This document shows, piece by piece, positions 19,584-28,324 of a DNA stretch of 64,000 nucleotides. Origin of the DNA: a virus; the IMG/VR virus record IMGVR_UViG_2837383163_000007, positions 5,990-69,989 of that record; one strand, 5' to 3'. Position numbers and translations under genes: made by a program. Under the pieces are notes generated by a model, which worked only from the letters and a program-made list of their open reading frames with translations, had not been told where the DNA came from and ran no database searches. How positions within the stretch are numbered: the first letter of the stretch is position 1; the number at the start of each line of letters is the position of its first letter.

Positions 19584-20497
19584 TGTGGAAACTAGAAAAT
19601 TATCCCTATATCTATAATAAACAAGACTATCTGATATTAGAAAATGGAGTTTCTATAGGCAGAAAAACAGGTATAAGAGTTCACGTTAATGGAAATTCAA
19701 GTGTTATAGATAGATACAACGGATATAAAAGAGATTTAAACTATGCAAGAAAAAGAATTACTCATTATATGGTAGATAAAAAACTGTGTTTAAGGGTTAT
19801 TAAAGAAGATTTTAGAACAAATAATGTGTGGCAAAAACCAACAGAAGTTACAGTTGAAGTTTTTGGCGCTGATAAAGATAAATCTATAATAGAAGATAAT
19901 GTCGGACATTTATTGAGGAATTTATTTGATAAGTTTGGGTTTAATAAAAATAACGTTATATTCAGTGGTGAAAGTTATAAATTGAATAAGAATAGAATAT
20001 TAAATGTTGCAACTCAAGACTATAGAAAATTAGCTAAAGTTATAGAAACTATAAATGACACTTTAATTCCACTTGGTCATGTTTTAAAAGACTATTGTTT
20101 TCAAAATGTAGTAAGTGTCGAGAGAGATGGCGCCGGTCTTGGACATTGGGATTTGGTTCGATTAGGATTTGAAGGGGATATGTATTATCTTAATAATATA
20201 GGCTGTGGGGACAATAAAAAAACAATACTTCTTTATCTCCAAAGGTTTGTTGACAGACGTATTAACAACATAAATAAATTGAAACCTATAAATTATGTGT
20301 GTTATTATAACGACAATCAAAAATATTTGGCTGAAATGTTTGGATATCTTGCAGATGCAAAAGTATTTAAAGATAATGGAAGATTCTTTACCGGTTGTAA
20401 GGTTAGGTATCTAAAGGATAGAGGTAAATTATTATATGTAGGTGATTTAGGAAAGAAAGAGTCTATAAGACATTTTTGCTCTAAGTGGCTCGTTTAA
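19583..20497 (+). CDS. Degenerate threonyl-tRNA synthetase-like protein (class IIa core plus anticodon-binding domain), probably not an active ThrRS
   Basis: Collinear similarity by eye to ThrRS blocks (L.LR..R, FGF.K..V..S, IL..QRF, L.P..V, G.KVR, VGD); Zn ligands absent; coupled to nrdG by TAATG. Confidence 0.62.
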   Translation: MWKLENYPYIYNKQDYLILENGVSIGRKTGIRVHVNGNSSVIDRYNGYKRDLNYARKRITHYMVDKKLCLRVIKEDFRTNNVWQKPTEVTVEVFGADKDKSIIEDNVGHLLRNLFDKFGFNKNNVIFSGESYKLNKNRILNVATQDYRKLAKVIETINDTLIPLGHVLKDYCFQNVVSVERDGAGLGHWDLVRLGFEGDMYYLNNIGCGDNKKTILLYLQRFVDRRINNINKLKPINYVCYYNDNQKYLAEMFGYLADAKVFKDNGRFFTGCKVRYLKDRGKLLYVGDLGKKESIRHFCSKWLV

Positions 20498-20566
20498 AAT
20501 ACAAAATAAAAAATATATATTGAATTATAAATAAAAAATATAATACAATATTGATATAGGAAAGGA
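20495..20566 (+). promoter_or_regulatory. SigA-type promoter/RBS cassette, copy 2
   Basis: TTGAAT(20520)-18 bp-TACAAT(20544); near-identical to 9116-9187. Confidence 0.7.
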
Positions 20567-20571
20567 GATTT

Positions 20572-21435
20572 ATGGAAAAGTTAGATGTAATGGAATATGT
20601 AGCTAAAGAATATGAGAAAATAGCTAATAAAATTAGTATTTTATCTAGCGAAAATAAACAGAATAAACCTTTTTTCGCTATATTTCAGATAGGAAATGAC
20701 CCAGCTTCAAATAAATATGTAGCGAATAAACTAAAAAAGCTAGATAGTGTAGGTATAGATGTGAGGCTCTTTAAAAGAGGAGAAAAAACTGATGAAATAT
20801 CTCTATATGACTTATTTTGTAAAAAAAGTGACCTAGAGTTTGAAGAAGTTCCTTATATGGTTCAATTACCACTCCCGAAAGAATATGAGGAACTCACAAA
20901 CAGTCTTACAAGCATATCTTGGGAATTAGATGTAGATGGGTTAGGTATTTCAAGTAAAGAGAGATTTTATACAAATCAAAAATCTTTTATACCTTGCACT
21001 GCTAGAGGCATCAGAGATTATATGAAGTATATAGATAGTTCCTTAGAAGGGAAATCAGTACTTATTATTAATAGGAGTGATTTAGTAGGCAAACCACTAC
21101 AAAAACTTTTACTTGATGAAAATATGCTTGTATCTGTAGCACATAGTAAGATACCTAAAGAGAAGTTGTTGGACGTTTTTGACAAGTACGATTATATAGT
21201 AAGTGGAATTGGTATTCCTGGATATTTTAAATCAGAGGATATACCTAAAGGCTGTACATTCATAGATGTAGGAATATCATTCAATGATAAAGGGAAAATG
21301 TGTGGTGATTTAGAAATAACAGAGAATAAAGGTGATGACTTTAAGTATACTCCAGTACCTAATGGAGTAGGGCAATTAACAGTTTTGAGTTTAGCAAAAA
21401 ATGTAATGGAGGCTTATTATGGGATTAATAACTAA
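20572..21435 (+). CDS. folD: Methylenetetrahydrofolate dehydrogenase/cyclohydrolase
   Basis: YVANK, VQLPLP, DVDG, PCTARG, NRSDLVGKP, IDVG, GD, TPVPNGVG. Confidence 0.92.
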   Translation: MEKLDVMEYVAKEYEKIANKISILSSENKQNKPFFAIFQIGNDPASNKYVANKLKKLDSVGIDVRLFKRGEKTDEISLYDLFCKKSDLEFEEVPYMVQLPLPKEYEELTNSLTSISWELDVDGLGISSKERFYTNQKSFIPCTARGIRDYMKYIDSSLEGKSVLIINRSDLVGKPLQKLLLDENMLVSVAHSKIPKEKLLDVFDKYDYIVSGIGIPGYFKSEDIPKGCTFIDVGISFNDKGKMCGDLEITENKGDDFKYTPVPNGVGQLTVLSLAKNVMEAYYGINN

Positions 21436-21667
21436 AACTATTTTATTTTTTATAATAGCGATAATAATGACGGGAATACCTAAATATTATCATTTCAAAA
21501 AAAAGAGTTCAAGTCTAAGTGTATATTTAATTTATTTTTTAATAACTTTAAGTATATCTTCTATAGAATTTGCTAGAAAGCCAGAAAGCATTTGCTTTAA
21601 TATATTAATAATTTTAACAGGAGTATTGAATGTTTTTATAATTATAAATTCAGAAAAGAATAATTAA
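21419..21667 (+). CDS. Small membrane protein
   Basis: Three hydrophobic segments; GGAGG RBS. Confidence 0.6.
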   Translation: MGLITKTILFFIIAIIMTGIPKYYHFKKKSSSLSVYLIYFLITLSISSIEFARKPESICFNILIILTGVLNVFIIINSEKNN

Positions 21668-21682
21668 AAAAAGGTAGGTGGT

Positions 21683-22189
21683 TTGTTGAATAAAATAAAA
21701 ACGATAATAATAACAATAACATTAATATTTAGTATAGGTTGTAGAGTTGATGCAGCAGGAAAAGGTGGATATAGTCAAAATGATGTAAGGGTTAAAAGTG
21801 GATTAACAGAACAACAAATAAAGAATTTATTACCTAAGAATATGAAACAGCTATCTAGCACAATATATAAAATAGAAAACTCTAGTAGACCAATCAATTC
21901 ACACTTTCTAAGCAGTGTAGTTAAGTTAGAAAGTGGTAATGGAACTTCATATAGCTATAGAAATAGAAATAATGTAGGTGGAATAATGGGGAAACATGGT
22001 CTCAGAAAGTTTACTTCCAAGGAACAAAGTTTGTACTATATGCAAGACTTTTTATATAGAGGCTATATAAATAGAGGTAGGAGAAACGTTTGGAAAATTG
22101 GTTCAAAGTATTGTGTTGGTGGAAACTGGGCATATAAAGTAAATAATTTAGCTATAAATTCAATGAGGAAATCTTGGGAATTTAGATAA
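21683..22189 (+). CDS. Secreted glucosaminidase-like (GH73/lysozyme-fold) cell-wall hydrolase
   Basis: Signal peptide ending VDA-A; LESGNG.S and NNVGG motifs. Confidence 0.72.
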   Translation: MLNKIKTIIITITLIFSIGCRVDAAGKGGYSQNDVRVKSGLTEQQIKNLLPKNMKQLSSTIYKIENSSRPINSHFLSSVVKLESGNGTSYSYRNRNNVGGIMGKHGLRKFTSKEQSLYYMQDFLYRGYINRGRRNVWKIGSKYCVGGNWAYKVNNLAINSMRKSWEFR

Positions 22190-22201
22190 TTAAATAGATT
22201 T

Positions 22202-22251
22202 TGTTACGGCTGCACTTATGAAGATATAAAAATGTAAGTGTAGTTGTAACA
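22202..22251 (+). other. 18-bp RNA hairpin with four G-U pairs
   Basis: TGTTACGGCTGCACTTAT pairs fully with GTAAGTGTAGTTGTAACA only if G-U is allowed; 14-nt loop. Confidence 0.7.
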
Positions 22252-22326
22252 TTTAAAATTTAATATAAACATATTCAAAAGTAGAAAACCACAATATCAC
22301 AGTAAAATTTATAAGGAGGTTTATGT

Positions 22327-22815
22327 ATGGAGAGTAATAAAAAAGATACATTATCAAGTCTTAAATGTAGAGTTATAGATATAGATTCAAAAATTTCTGA
22401 ACTACAAACTAAAAAAATCAATTTAGAAAATGAAATACAATCTTTATTGGGAAACGGCAAAAGATATATTTATACTGATTATAACGAAAATTTCTATTGT
22501 CTAACTCATGAGGTAGCACCATGGGACGATTTACATTTAATCGCTGAAATAGATTTATCAGACCTAAAAGGTATTGCATCGAAAATATCTGATTTAAGTT
22601 ACAGATTTTCAACTAAAGGAATATTACAGTGTTTACCTCAAAATATAAACAAAGATTGGCTAGTTAGAGAAATAATAGAAAATTCTTTTTTAACTTTACA
22701 TAATATGTATTTAGAGTTTAAATCCGAAGTAGAGGATGTTGCTGAAAAAACATTCATAACTGAAATAGAAGATTTAGAATTAGATAAAGATTTTGTAGAA
22801 TGGATGGGATACTAG
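22327..22815 (+). CDS. Hypothetical protein
   Basis: AAGGAGG RBS; N-terminal coiled coil. Confidence 0.7.
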   Translation: MESNKKDTLSSLKCRVIDIDSKISELQTKKINLENEIQSLLGNGKRYIYTDYNENFYCLTHEVAPWDDLHLIAEIDLSDLKGIASKISDLSYRFSTKGILQCLPQNINKDWLVREIIENSFLTLHNMYLEFKSEVEDVAEKTFITEIEDLELDKDFVEWMGY

Positions 22816-24147
22816 ATGGAAAATTTAAAGATATTAAAAGAGCAAATAGAAGAAATTAAAAATATAAAAGGGACAAATGCAAAGATATTTAGAATTAAAC
22901 AGTTATACGCAGATGGTAATGATTTATTGTTTAAAGTTTTAAAATTCTGTATAGACCCTAGTATTAAATCAGGAATAAGTAAAAAAAAGATGTCGAAGAA
23001 ATTATCGATTCATGAAACAGATAAGTCTTTAGAAAGTCTCCTAGATTACATTGCTGAAAATAATACAGGAACTGATGAAGTTTTATCAATAGCATTATCA
23101 TACATAGATAAAAATAAAGAATATGAGGATATGCTTAAAGAGATAATAACTCAATCTTTAAAGTTAGGGATTAATGTCAAGGCAATAAATCAAGCTATAC
23201 CAGACTTTATAACAACATATGATTTTATGAAGGCAAAAAATTATATGGATAGAGTAGAAAAAAACCTATTTAATTTCGACCTTACATATATTATATCAGA
23301 AAAATTAGATGGGATAAGAGGTGTAATAATAAAAAACGGAAATGATATAAAAGCAATATCAAGACAAGGAAAAGAATTTATAGGACTTGACCATATATTT
23401 AGTTGTTTTCACTGCCTTAAAGATGGAGTTTTTGACGGAGAATTTTTAATTAAAGGTGAATTTAAAACTGAAGAAGAAAGATTTCAAAAAACTTGTTCTA
23501 TTATGAGTTCTAAAACAGAGGATAAAAATAAGATTGAGTTTATAATGTTTGACTTTATACCTTTGGAAGATTTTAAGTTGGGTTATAGTCCAATCCCTTT
23601 TGTTGATAGGCTAATGAAGAGTGTTAATTATGTTGACAAAATGAAAATAAACAATAAAGGTGAGATACCTATTAAATCCATTACATCAAGACCATTTTGG
23701 TATCAAGGATTTGTAACACATGAAAAATTAATTAAACTGGTAGATGAATGCGATAGACAGGGGAAAGAAGGGATAATGATAAATTCTTCTGTCGCACCAT
23801 GGGAAGGTAAAAGATCAAATTATATATTAAAGCTAAAAAAGAATCTTATTGCTGATGTTAAAATAATCGGATTTATTGAGGGTGATGGAAAAAATAAAGA
23901 TAAATTGGGTGCGTTAGAAGTTGAGTTTGACTATGAAAATATGACAAACTCATGTTTTATAGGGACTGGATTTACAGATGAAGAAAGGATAGAGATTTGG
24001 AACAATCAAGATTATTATCTAGGCAAAATAATAGAGGTTAAGTATCAAAAAATAACTAAAAATGAGACAAATGATGGTTATTCATTGGGATTTTCAAGCT
24101 ATAATCATATAATAAGAGAAGATAAAAGCGAAACAAGTGTATATTAA
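22816..24147 (+). CDS. ATP-dependent DNA ligase
   Basis: EKLDGIR motif I, FDGE, FD, EGIM, KLK, GTGF OB-fold motifs. Confidence 0.93.
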   Translation: MENLKILKEQIEEIKNIKGTNAKIFRIKQLYADGNDLLFKVLKFCIDPSIKSGISKKKMSKKLSIHETDKSLESLLDYIAENNTGTDEVLSIALSYIDKNKEYEDMLKEIITQSLKLGINVKAINQAIPDFITTYDFMKAKNYMDRVEKNLFNFDLTYIISEKLDGIRGVIIKNGNDIKAISRQGKEFIGLDHIFSCFHCLKDGVFDGEFLIKGEFKTEEERFQKTCSIMSSKTEDKNKIEFIMFDFIPLEDFKLGYSPIPFVDRLMKSVNYVDKMKINNKGEIPIKSITSRPFWYQGFVTHEKLIKLVDECDRQGKEGIMINSSVAPWEGKRSNYILKLKKNLIADVKIIGFIEGDGKNKDKLGALEVEFDYENMTNSCFIGTGFTDEERIEIWNNQDYYLGKIIEVKYQKITKNETNDGYSLGFSSYNHIIREDKSETSVY

Positions 24148-24160
24148 ATAAAGGAGTTTT

Positions 24161-24403
24161 ATGGATAAGAAAAAAATAGACAACATATGTGATAAATTGA
24201 TAGATTTATTATTGGCTATATATGTTATATCATGTATAACATATCCAATATTTCAAATTACATTTTTTATTGTGGGTAATTTTCTATTTAAGTGGAGCAT
24301 TTTAATTATTGCATTGCCTACATTTATTCTTTTTACCCTTATAATAATAGGTGTTTTGATATTTTTATTTTTATTTATAATGGGAAGAAAGGGCATAATA
24401 TGA
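24161..24403 (+). CDS. Small membrane protein
   Basis: AAAGGAG RBS; two hydrophobic helices. Confidence 0.6.
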   Translation: MDKKKIDNICDKLIDLLLAIYVISCITYPIFQITFFIVGNFLFKWSILIIALPTFILFTLIIIGVLIFLFLFIMGRKGII

Positions 24404-24579
24404 TAGATTTAAATAAACCATTTTTGGAGAGGGACGAAGATTATAGGGCAGAGATAAGATTTTTTTATGCTAAGTTATTTAATAATTTGGGCTCAGACGA
24501 GATAATGTATATAATCCAAATGCTTGATGACGAACTAAAACAATCTATGCTTAGATATATAAATCCATTAGATTTGTAA
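24400..24579 (+). CDS. Hypothetical protein (MIDLNKPF...)
   Basis: ATGA overlap with upstream gene. Confidence 0.5.
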   Translation: MIDLNKPFLERDEDYRAEIRFFYAKLFNNLGSDEIMYIIQMLDDELKQSMLRYINPLDL

Positions 24580-24583
24580 AGAG

Positions 24584-25093
24584 GTGATAATTATTAGAAT
24601 TTTAGGTTTAGACTTATCTATGACCTCTACAGGTTGGTGTGTCATAGAAGATTTTAAGGTAATATCTTATGGGAAGATTAATACAAGTCCTAAAGATTTC
24701 ACAACAGAAGATGAGAGAATAAACTATATTGTTGACAAGATAGAGAGTGTTATGGACAACATAACTTTTGTTGGTATAGAAAATCAATTTATATCAAACA
24801 GAACAAGTACCATTATGGTTTTAAGAAAATTATTAGGTGCAACCATGAGAATGATAACTCAAAAAGGTATCTGTGTTGAATATTTAGCACCAACATCTGT
24901 AAAAAAAATAATAACAGGAAATGGGAGAGCAGGCAAAGAAAAGGTTGCCAAATATATACAAGATAACTATATAGATATAGGGGAATATAGTGATAAAGCT
25001 GGGAATAACAAGACAAGTGATATATATGATGCTATATCTATAGCTGTAGCAGTGAAACAAATGTTTGGAGGTAACTATGATAAAAGTAGATAG
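24584..25093 (+). CDS. ruvC: RuvC-like Holliday junction resolvase
   Basis: ILGLDLS..STG, IE, PTSVKK.ITGNGRA.K, D..DA. Confidence 0.9.
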   Translation: MIIIRILGLDLSMTSTGWCVIEDFKVISYGKINTSPKDFTTEDERINYIVDKIESVMDNITFVGIENQFISNRTSTIMVLRKLLGATMRMITQKGICVEYLAPTSVKKIITGNGRAGKEKVAKYIQDNYIDIGEYSDKAGNNKTSDIYDAISIAVAVKQMFGGNYDKSR

Positions 25094-25292
25094 GAAAGAT
25101 AATGATAATATATCTTGTAATATCGACTGCAGTACAATTGTTGATATTATAGAAGAAACTTCGTTTTTAATTGCTTTTTGTAAAAAAACTATATTGAGTA
25201 ATTTAGAAAAAGAAGAAGATAAAATTAATGCAATGGATATTTTTAGACAGAGTATATTTGCTGGACTAGATGAAGAAATTAAATGGGATTAA
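25077..25292 (+). CDS. Hypothetical protein
   Basis: GGAGG RBS before ATG. Confidence 0.55.
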   Translation: MIKVDRKDNDNISCNIDCSTIVDIIEETSFLIAFCKKTILSNLEKEEDKINAMDIFRQSIFAGLDEEIKWD

Positions 25293-25300
25293 TTTATAAT

Positions 25301-25329
25301 GAGGCTCTTGTAGCCTCGTTATTTTTTTT
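25301..25329 (+). terminator. Rho-independent terminator
   Basis: GAGGCT-CTTGT-AGCCTC followed by a T-tract. Confidence 0.75.
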
Positions 25330-25330
25330 A

Positions 25331-26080
25331 TAGGGACGTGTCCCTGTTGAGCTCGCAAAGCGTGCGAAACAATAAACCACCCGCTATGCGGGTGCGCGAC
25401 AGATGTTATACAAAAAAATCACCATTCCATAGTATAATTGAATTGTTCAAGCTCAATAATACGAATAGGAAGGTGATTTTATGGCAAACAAAGCGAACAG
25501 CTTGTCTCATACAAAATGGATGTGTAAATATCACATTGTGTTTACTCCAAAATACAGGAGAAAAATAATATACAATCAATACAGAAATAGTATTGGTAAG
25601 ATATTGAGACAACTATGTTCATACAGAGGTGTTGAAATACTCGAAGGTCATCTGATGCCTGACCATGTCCATATGTTGGTGAGTATACCACCTAAGTTAA
25701 GTGTATCACAGTTTATGGGATATCTCAAAGGAAAAAGTGCATTGATGATGTTCGATAAGCACGCAAATTTAAAGTACAAATTTGGAAATAGACACTTTTG
25801 GTCTGAAGGATATTATGTAAGTACTGTGGGATTAAATGAGGCAACAATAAGGAAATATATTCAGGAACAGGAAAGACACGATATAGCTTTGGATAAATTA
25901 AGTGTTAAGGAGTATGAAGATCCCTTTAGGGATGGCAAGTAATACAAATACCCTTTAAAGGGTAGCGACGAGTCAAAGGCCGAGCTTGAACAGAGTGAAA
26001 GCCAGCGCCTTTAGACGCTGGCCGGTAACCCTTGGGCTTATAGCCCGTGTGCAAACCACCCGTTGGACGGGTGGTCATGA
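25331..26080 (+). mobile_element. IS200/IS605-family element (tnpA only); boundaries approximate
   Basis: GC-richer island; related subterminal hairpins ACCACCCGCTATGCGGGTG (25376) and ACCACCCGTTGGACGGGTGGT (26055). Confidence 0.88.
25481..25942 (+). CDS. tnpA: IS200/IS605 HUH (Y1) transposase
   Basis: YHIVFTPKYR, DHVH (HUH), KGKS, FW..GY, YI..Q. Confidence 0.96.
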   Translation: MANKANSLSHTKWMCKYHIVFTPKYRRKIIYNQYRNSIGKILRQLCSYRGVEILEGHLMPDHVHMLVSIPPKLSVSQFMGYLKGKSALMMFDKHANLKYKFGNRHFWSEGYYVSTVGLNEATIRKYIQEQERHDIALDKLSVKEYEDPFRDGK

Positions 26081-26101
26081 TTGAAAAAATAAAAATAATA
26101 A

Positions 26102-26130
26102 TTGACACACCAACAAAATGGTGGTATAAT
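26102..26130 (+). promoter_or_regulatory. Consensus SigA promoter of the integrase with an inverted repeat in the spacer
   Basis: TTGACA-17 bp-TATAAT; CACCA-N6-TGGTG in the spacer. Confidence 0.85.
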
Positions 26131-26167
26131 ATATGTATAAGATAAAAGAGAAGGAGAGAAAAAAAAT

Positions 26168-27310
26168 ATGAGCAGCATGAGAGTTAAAGTAAGAAACAAT
26201 AAAGGTAAACATGAAGTTGTAGTTATAACTAAAGACCCAATGAATGGGAAGTATAAGTATAAAAGAATGGGAATTTTTGAAAATAAACTTGAAGCAGAAG
26301 TAGTAAAGTTTGAAACAGAAAAAAAAATAAATAATGGCGAAGATATTTTATCGAAGAAAAATAAAAAAAATATAACTCTCAATGATTGTATAGAAAGCTC
26401 TTTTGAAAAAGAAGAAATGAGAGGTAATAAAGTTTCTTCTAACACATTTTTATCTTATAAAAATATATATAAGAACCATGTTAAAGATGATATAGGTAGA
26501 AACTACATATCAATGATAACAACAGGAGATATACAAGACCTACTAGATGAAAAGGCTAAAGAATATGGTTGTGGTTTAGTATCTCAGATAAAAACTATAA
26601 TCAAAAAGGGTGTTCAATATGCCCTTTATAGAGGTTATATTAATAATGATATAACAAATGGTCTTATAGTGTGGGGGAAACAGTCTAAAACAAGTGCTGA
26701 AACAAATTGTTTGAGTATAAGTCAAATATCTGATATATTAAAAGATACAGAAGATGAAGAATTGAACTTAAAAATTAAAATAGCACTTAGTATAGGTATA
26801 AGAGAGTCAGAGGTTTTAGCATTAAGCTGGGATAATATAGACTTTGAAAATAACGAAATAAGAATATGCCAGATAGTTACAAAAAAAGATGGTGAACACA
26901 TAATACAAAAATTCACTAAGAATAAAAAAGACCTTGTTGTAAAAATGCCAAAACTTCTATCAGAAGAATTAAAAAAGTACAAGATAAAATGGAATAAAGA
27001 AATGCTATCCAAGGTAGGAACAAACAAACATAACCTTTTGTTCTACAGAAAAGGATTCAAACCAATACCTGTAGCCACATTATCAAATCAATTTAAAAGA
27101 TATATGGAGTCTAAAGGTATAAATAATGTAACATTTCATGGTTTAAGACATTCTTACGCATCAATACTCTTTTATAAAGGTATGGATTTAAAAGACGTAG
27201 GGCAGATGTTAAATCACAAATCAAAATATTGCACTGATAGAGTTTATGTTCATCTTTTAGATGAAACAAAATCTCAAGCCATGAATGTTATGAATGAGAT
27301 ACTGCTATAA
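26168..27310 (+). CDS. Tyrosine integrase
   Basis: GIRESE.LAL.W, HGLRHSYAS, LNH, VYVH; N-terminal arm-binding and SAM-like regions. Confidence 0.92.
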   Translation: MSSMRVKVRNNKGKHEVVVITKDPMNGKYKYKRMGIFENKLEAEVVKFETEKKINNGEDILSKKNKKNITLNDCIESSFEKEEMRGNKVSSNTFLSYKNIYKNHVKDDIGRNYISMITTGDIQDLLDEKAKEYGCGLVSQIKTIIKKGVQYALYRGYINNDITNGLIVWGKQSKTSAETNCLSISQISDILKDTEDEELNLKIKIALSIGIRESEVLALSWDNIDFENNEIRICQIVTKKDGEHIIQKFTKNKKDLVVKMPKLLSEELKKYKIKWNKEMLSKVGTNKHNLLFYRKGFKPIPVATLSNQFKRYMESKGINNVTFHGLRHSYASILFYKGMDLKDVGQMLNHKSKYCTDRVYVHLLDETKSQAMNVMNEILL

Positions 27311-27337
27311 ATCATTACTTTTTTCAATAAACTCACA

Positions 27338-27371
27338 CAAAGAAGCACCCTTTAATTAGGGTGTTTCTTTG
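27338..27371. terminator. Bidirectional terminator between the convergent arms
   Basis: CAAAGAAGCACCCT-TTAATT-AGGGTGTTTCTTTG. Confidence 0.75.
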
Positions 27372-28313
27372 TTATTTAGAAATATGAGGTTCTAAATATA
27401 TATAGCCATGACCTTGAGAATTTCTTGGTATATCAGGGATACTTTTTGTGTTCTTTATTAAAAGGGAATATATTTCTACCTCACTAAGACTCCTTTTATA
27501 TTCTTTATTAGACCAATCCATCAATAAAGCTAATGCTCCTGATACTAAGGGTGCTGATTGGGAAGTTCCACTTAATGCTCTAAAACCTCCGTTGAGAGAA
27601 CATCCTATTATATTTTCACCTTCAGCGACACAATCAACAAATTGATTTGTATTAGAAAATGTTGATATGGATAAATCTTTAGACATAGAACCAACTTGAA
27701 TTACTTCTTCATAACAACCAGGGAATAATAATTCAGTTGTTTCACCACTTCCATCACCACTATTTCCACTTACACCGACAACAGATACTTGCATTCTCAT
27801 TGCCATTTTTATAGCCTCATGTATTTGTGGTGCTTCTGCATTACCACCCAAACTGATATTTATTATATTTGCCCCTCTTTGGCAAGAGGCATATATTGCT
27901 TGTGCTATAATATCATAGTCAGCTATACCACTTTTATCTATAACCTTATATATCATTAGGCTTGCTTCTGGAGCAACACCTGTAAACTTGCCATTTTTAT
28001 AGGTCTCACCAGCTATAAGACTAGCAACGTGAGTCCCATGTCCTATATAATCAGTAACATCATCTCTTTCTCCTTCATCTGTAAGGTTATACTTATGTAT
28101 AATTCTGTCTTTTAACAAGGGATTTTCTATATCACAACCTGTATCAATAACAGATACAATAATGCCCTTCCCTTTAAATCCATTTCCCCACATATATGGA
28201 ATGTTCATGTTTTCTATATAAGAGGGTAGAGTAGGCAAGGTTAGACCGTCAAATTCCTCTTTTGTAAAATAATCTCCATGATTAACTTCTGAATATTGTT
28301 TTTTTATTGGCAT
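27372..28313 (-). CDS. Subtilisin S8 peptidase (intracellular serine protease-like)
   Basis: IDTG (Asp), HGTHVA (His), SGN oxyanion, GTSQS (Ser); no signal peptide. Confidence 0.92.
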   Translation of the reverse strand: MPIKKQYSEVNHGDYFTKEEFDGLTLPTLPSYIENMNIPYMWGNGFKGKGIIVSVIDTGCDIENPLLKDRIIHKYNLTDEGERDDVTDYIGHGTHVASLIAGETYKNGKFTGVAPEASLMIYKVIDKSGIADYDIIAQAIYASCQRGANIINISLGGNAEAPQIHEAIKMAMRMQVSVVGVSGNSGDGSGETTELLFPGCYEEVIQVGSMSKDLSISTFSNTNQFVDCVAEGENIIGCSLNGGFRALSGTSQSAPLVSGALALLMDWSNKEYKRSLSEVEIYSLLIKNTKSIPDIPRNSQGHGYIYLEPHISK

Positions 28314-28324
28314 AGAAATCTCCT

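Noticed and set aside
25338..25568. ORF overlapping the IS left end
   Set aside because: Spans the hairpin-rich IS end and overlaps tnpA out of frame; not a credible gene
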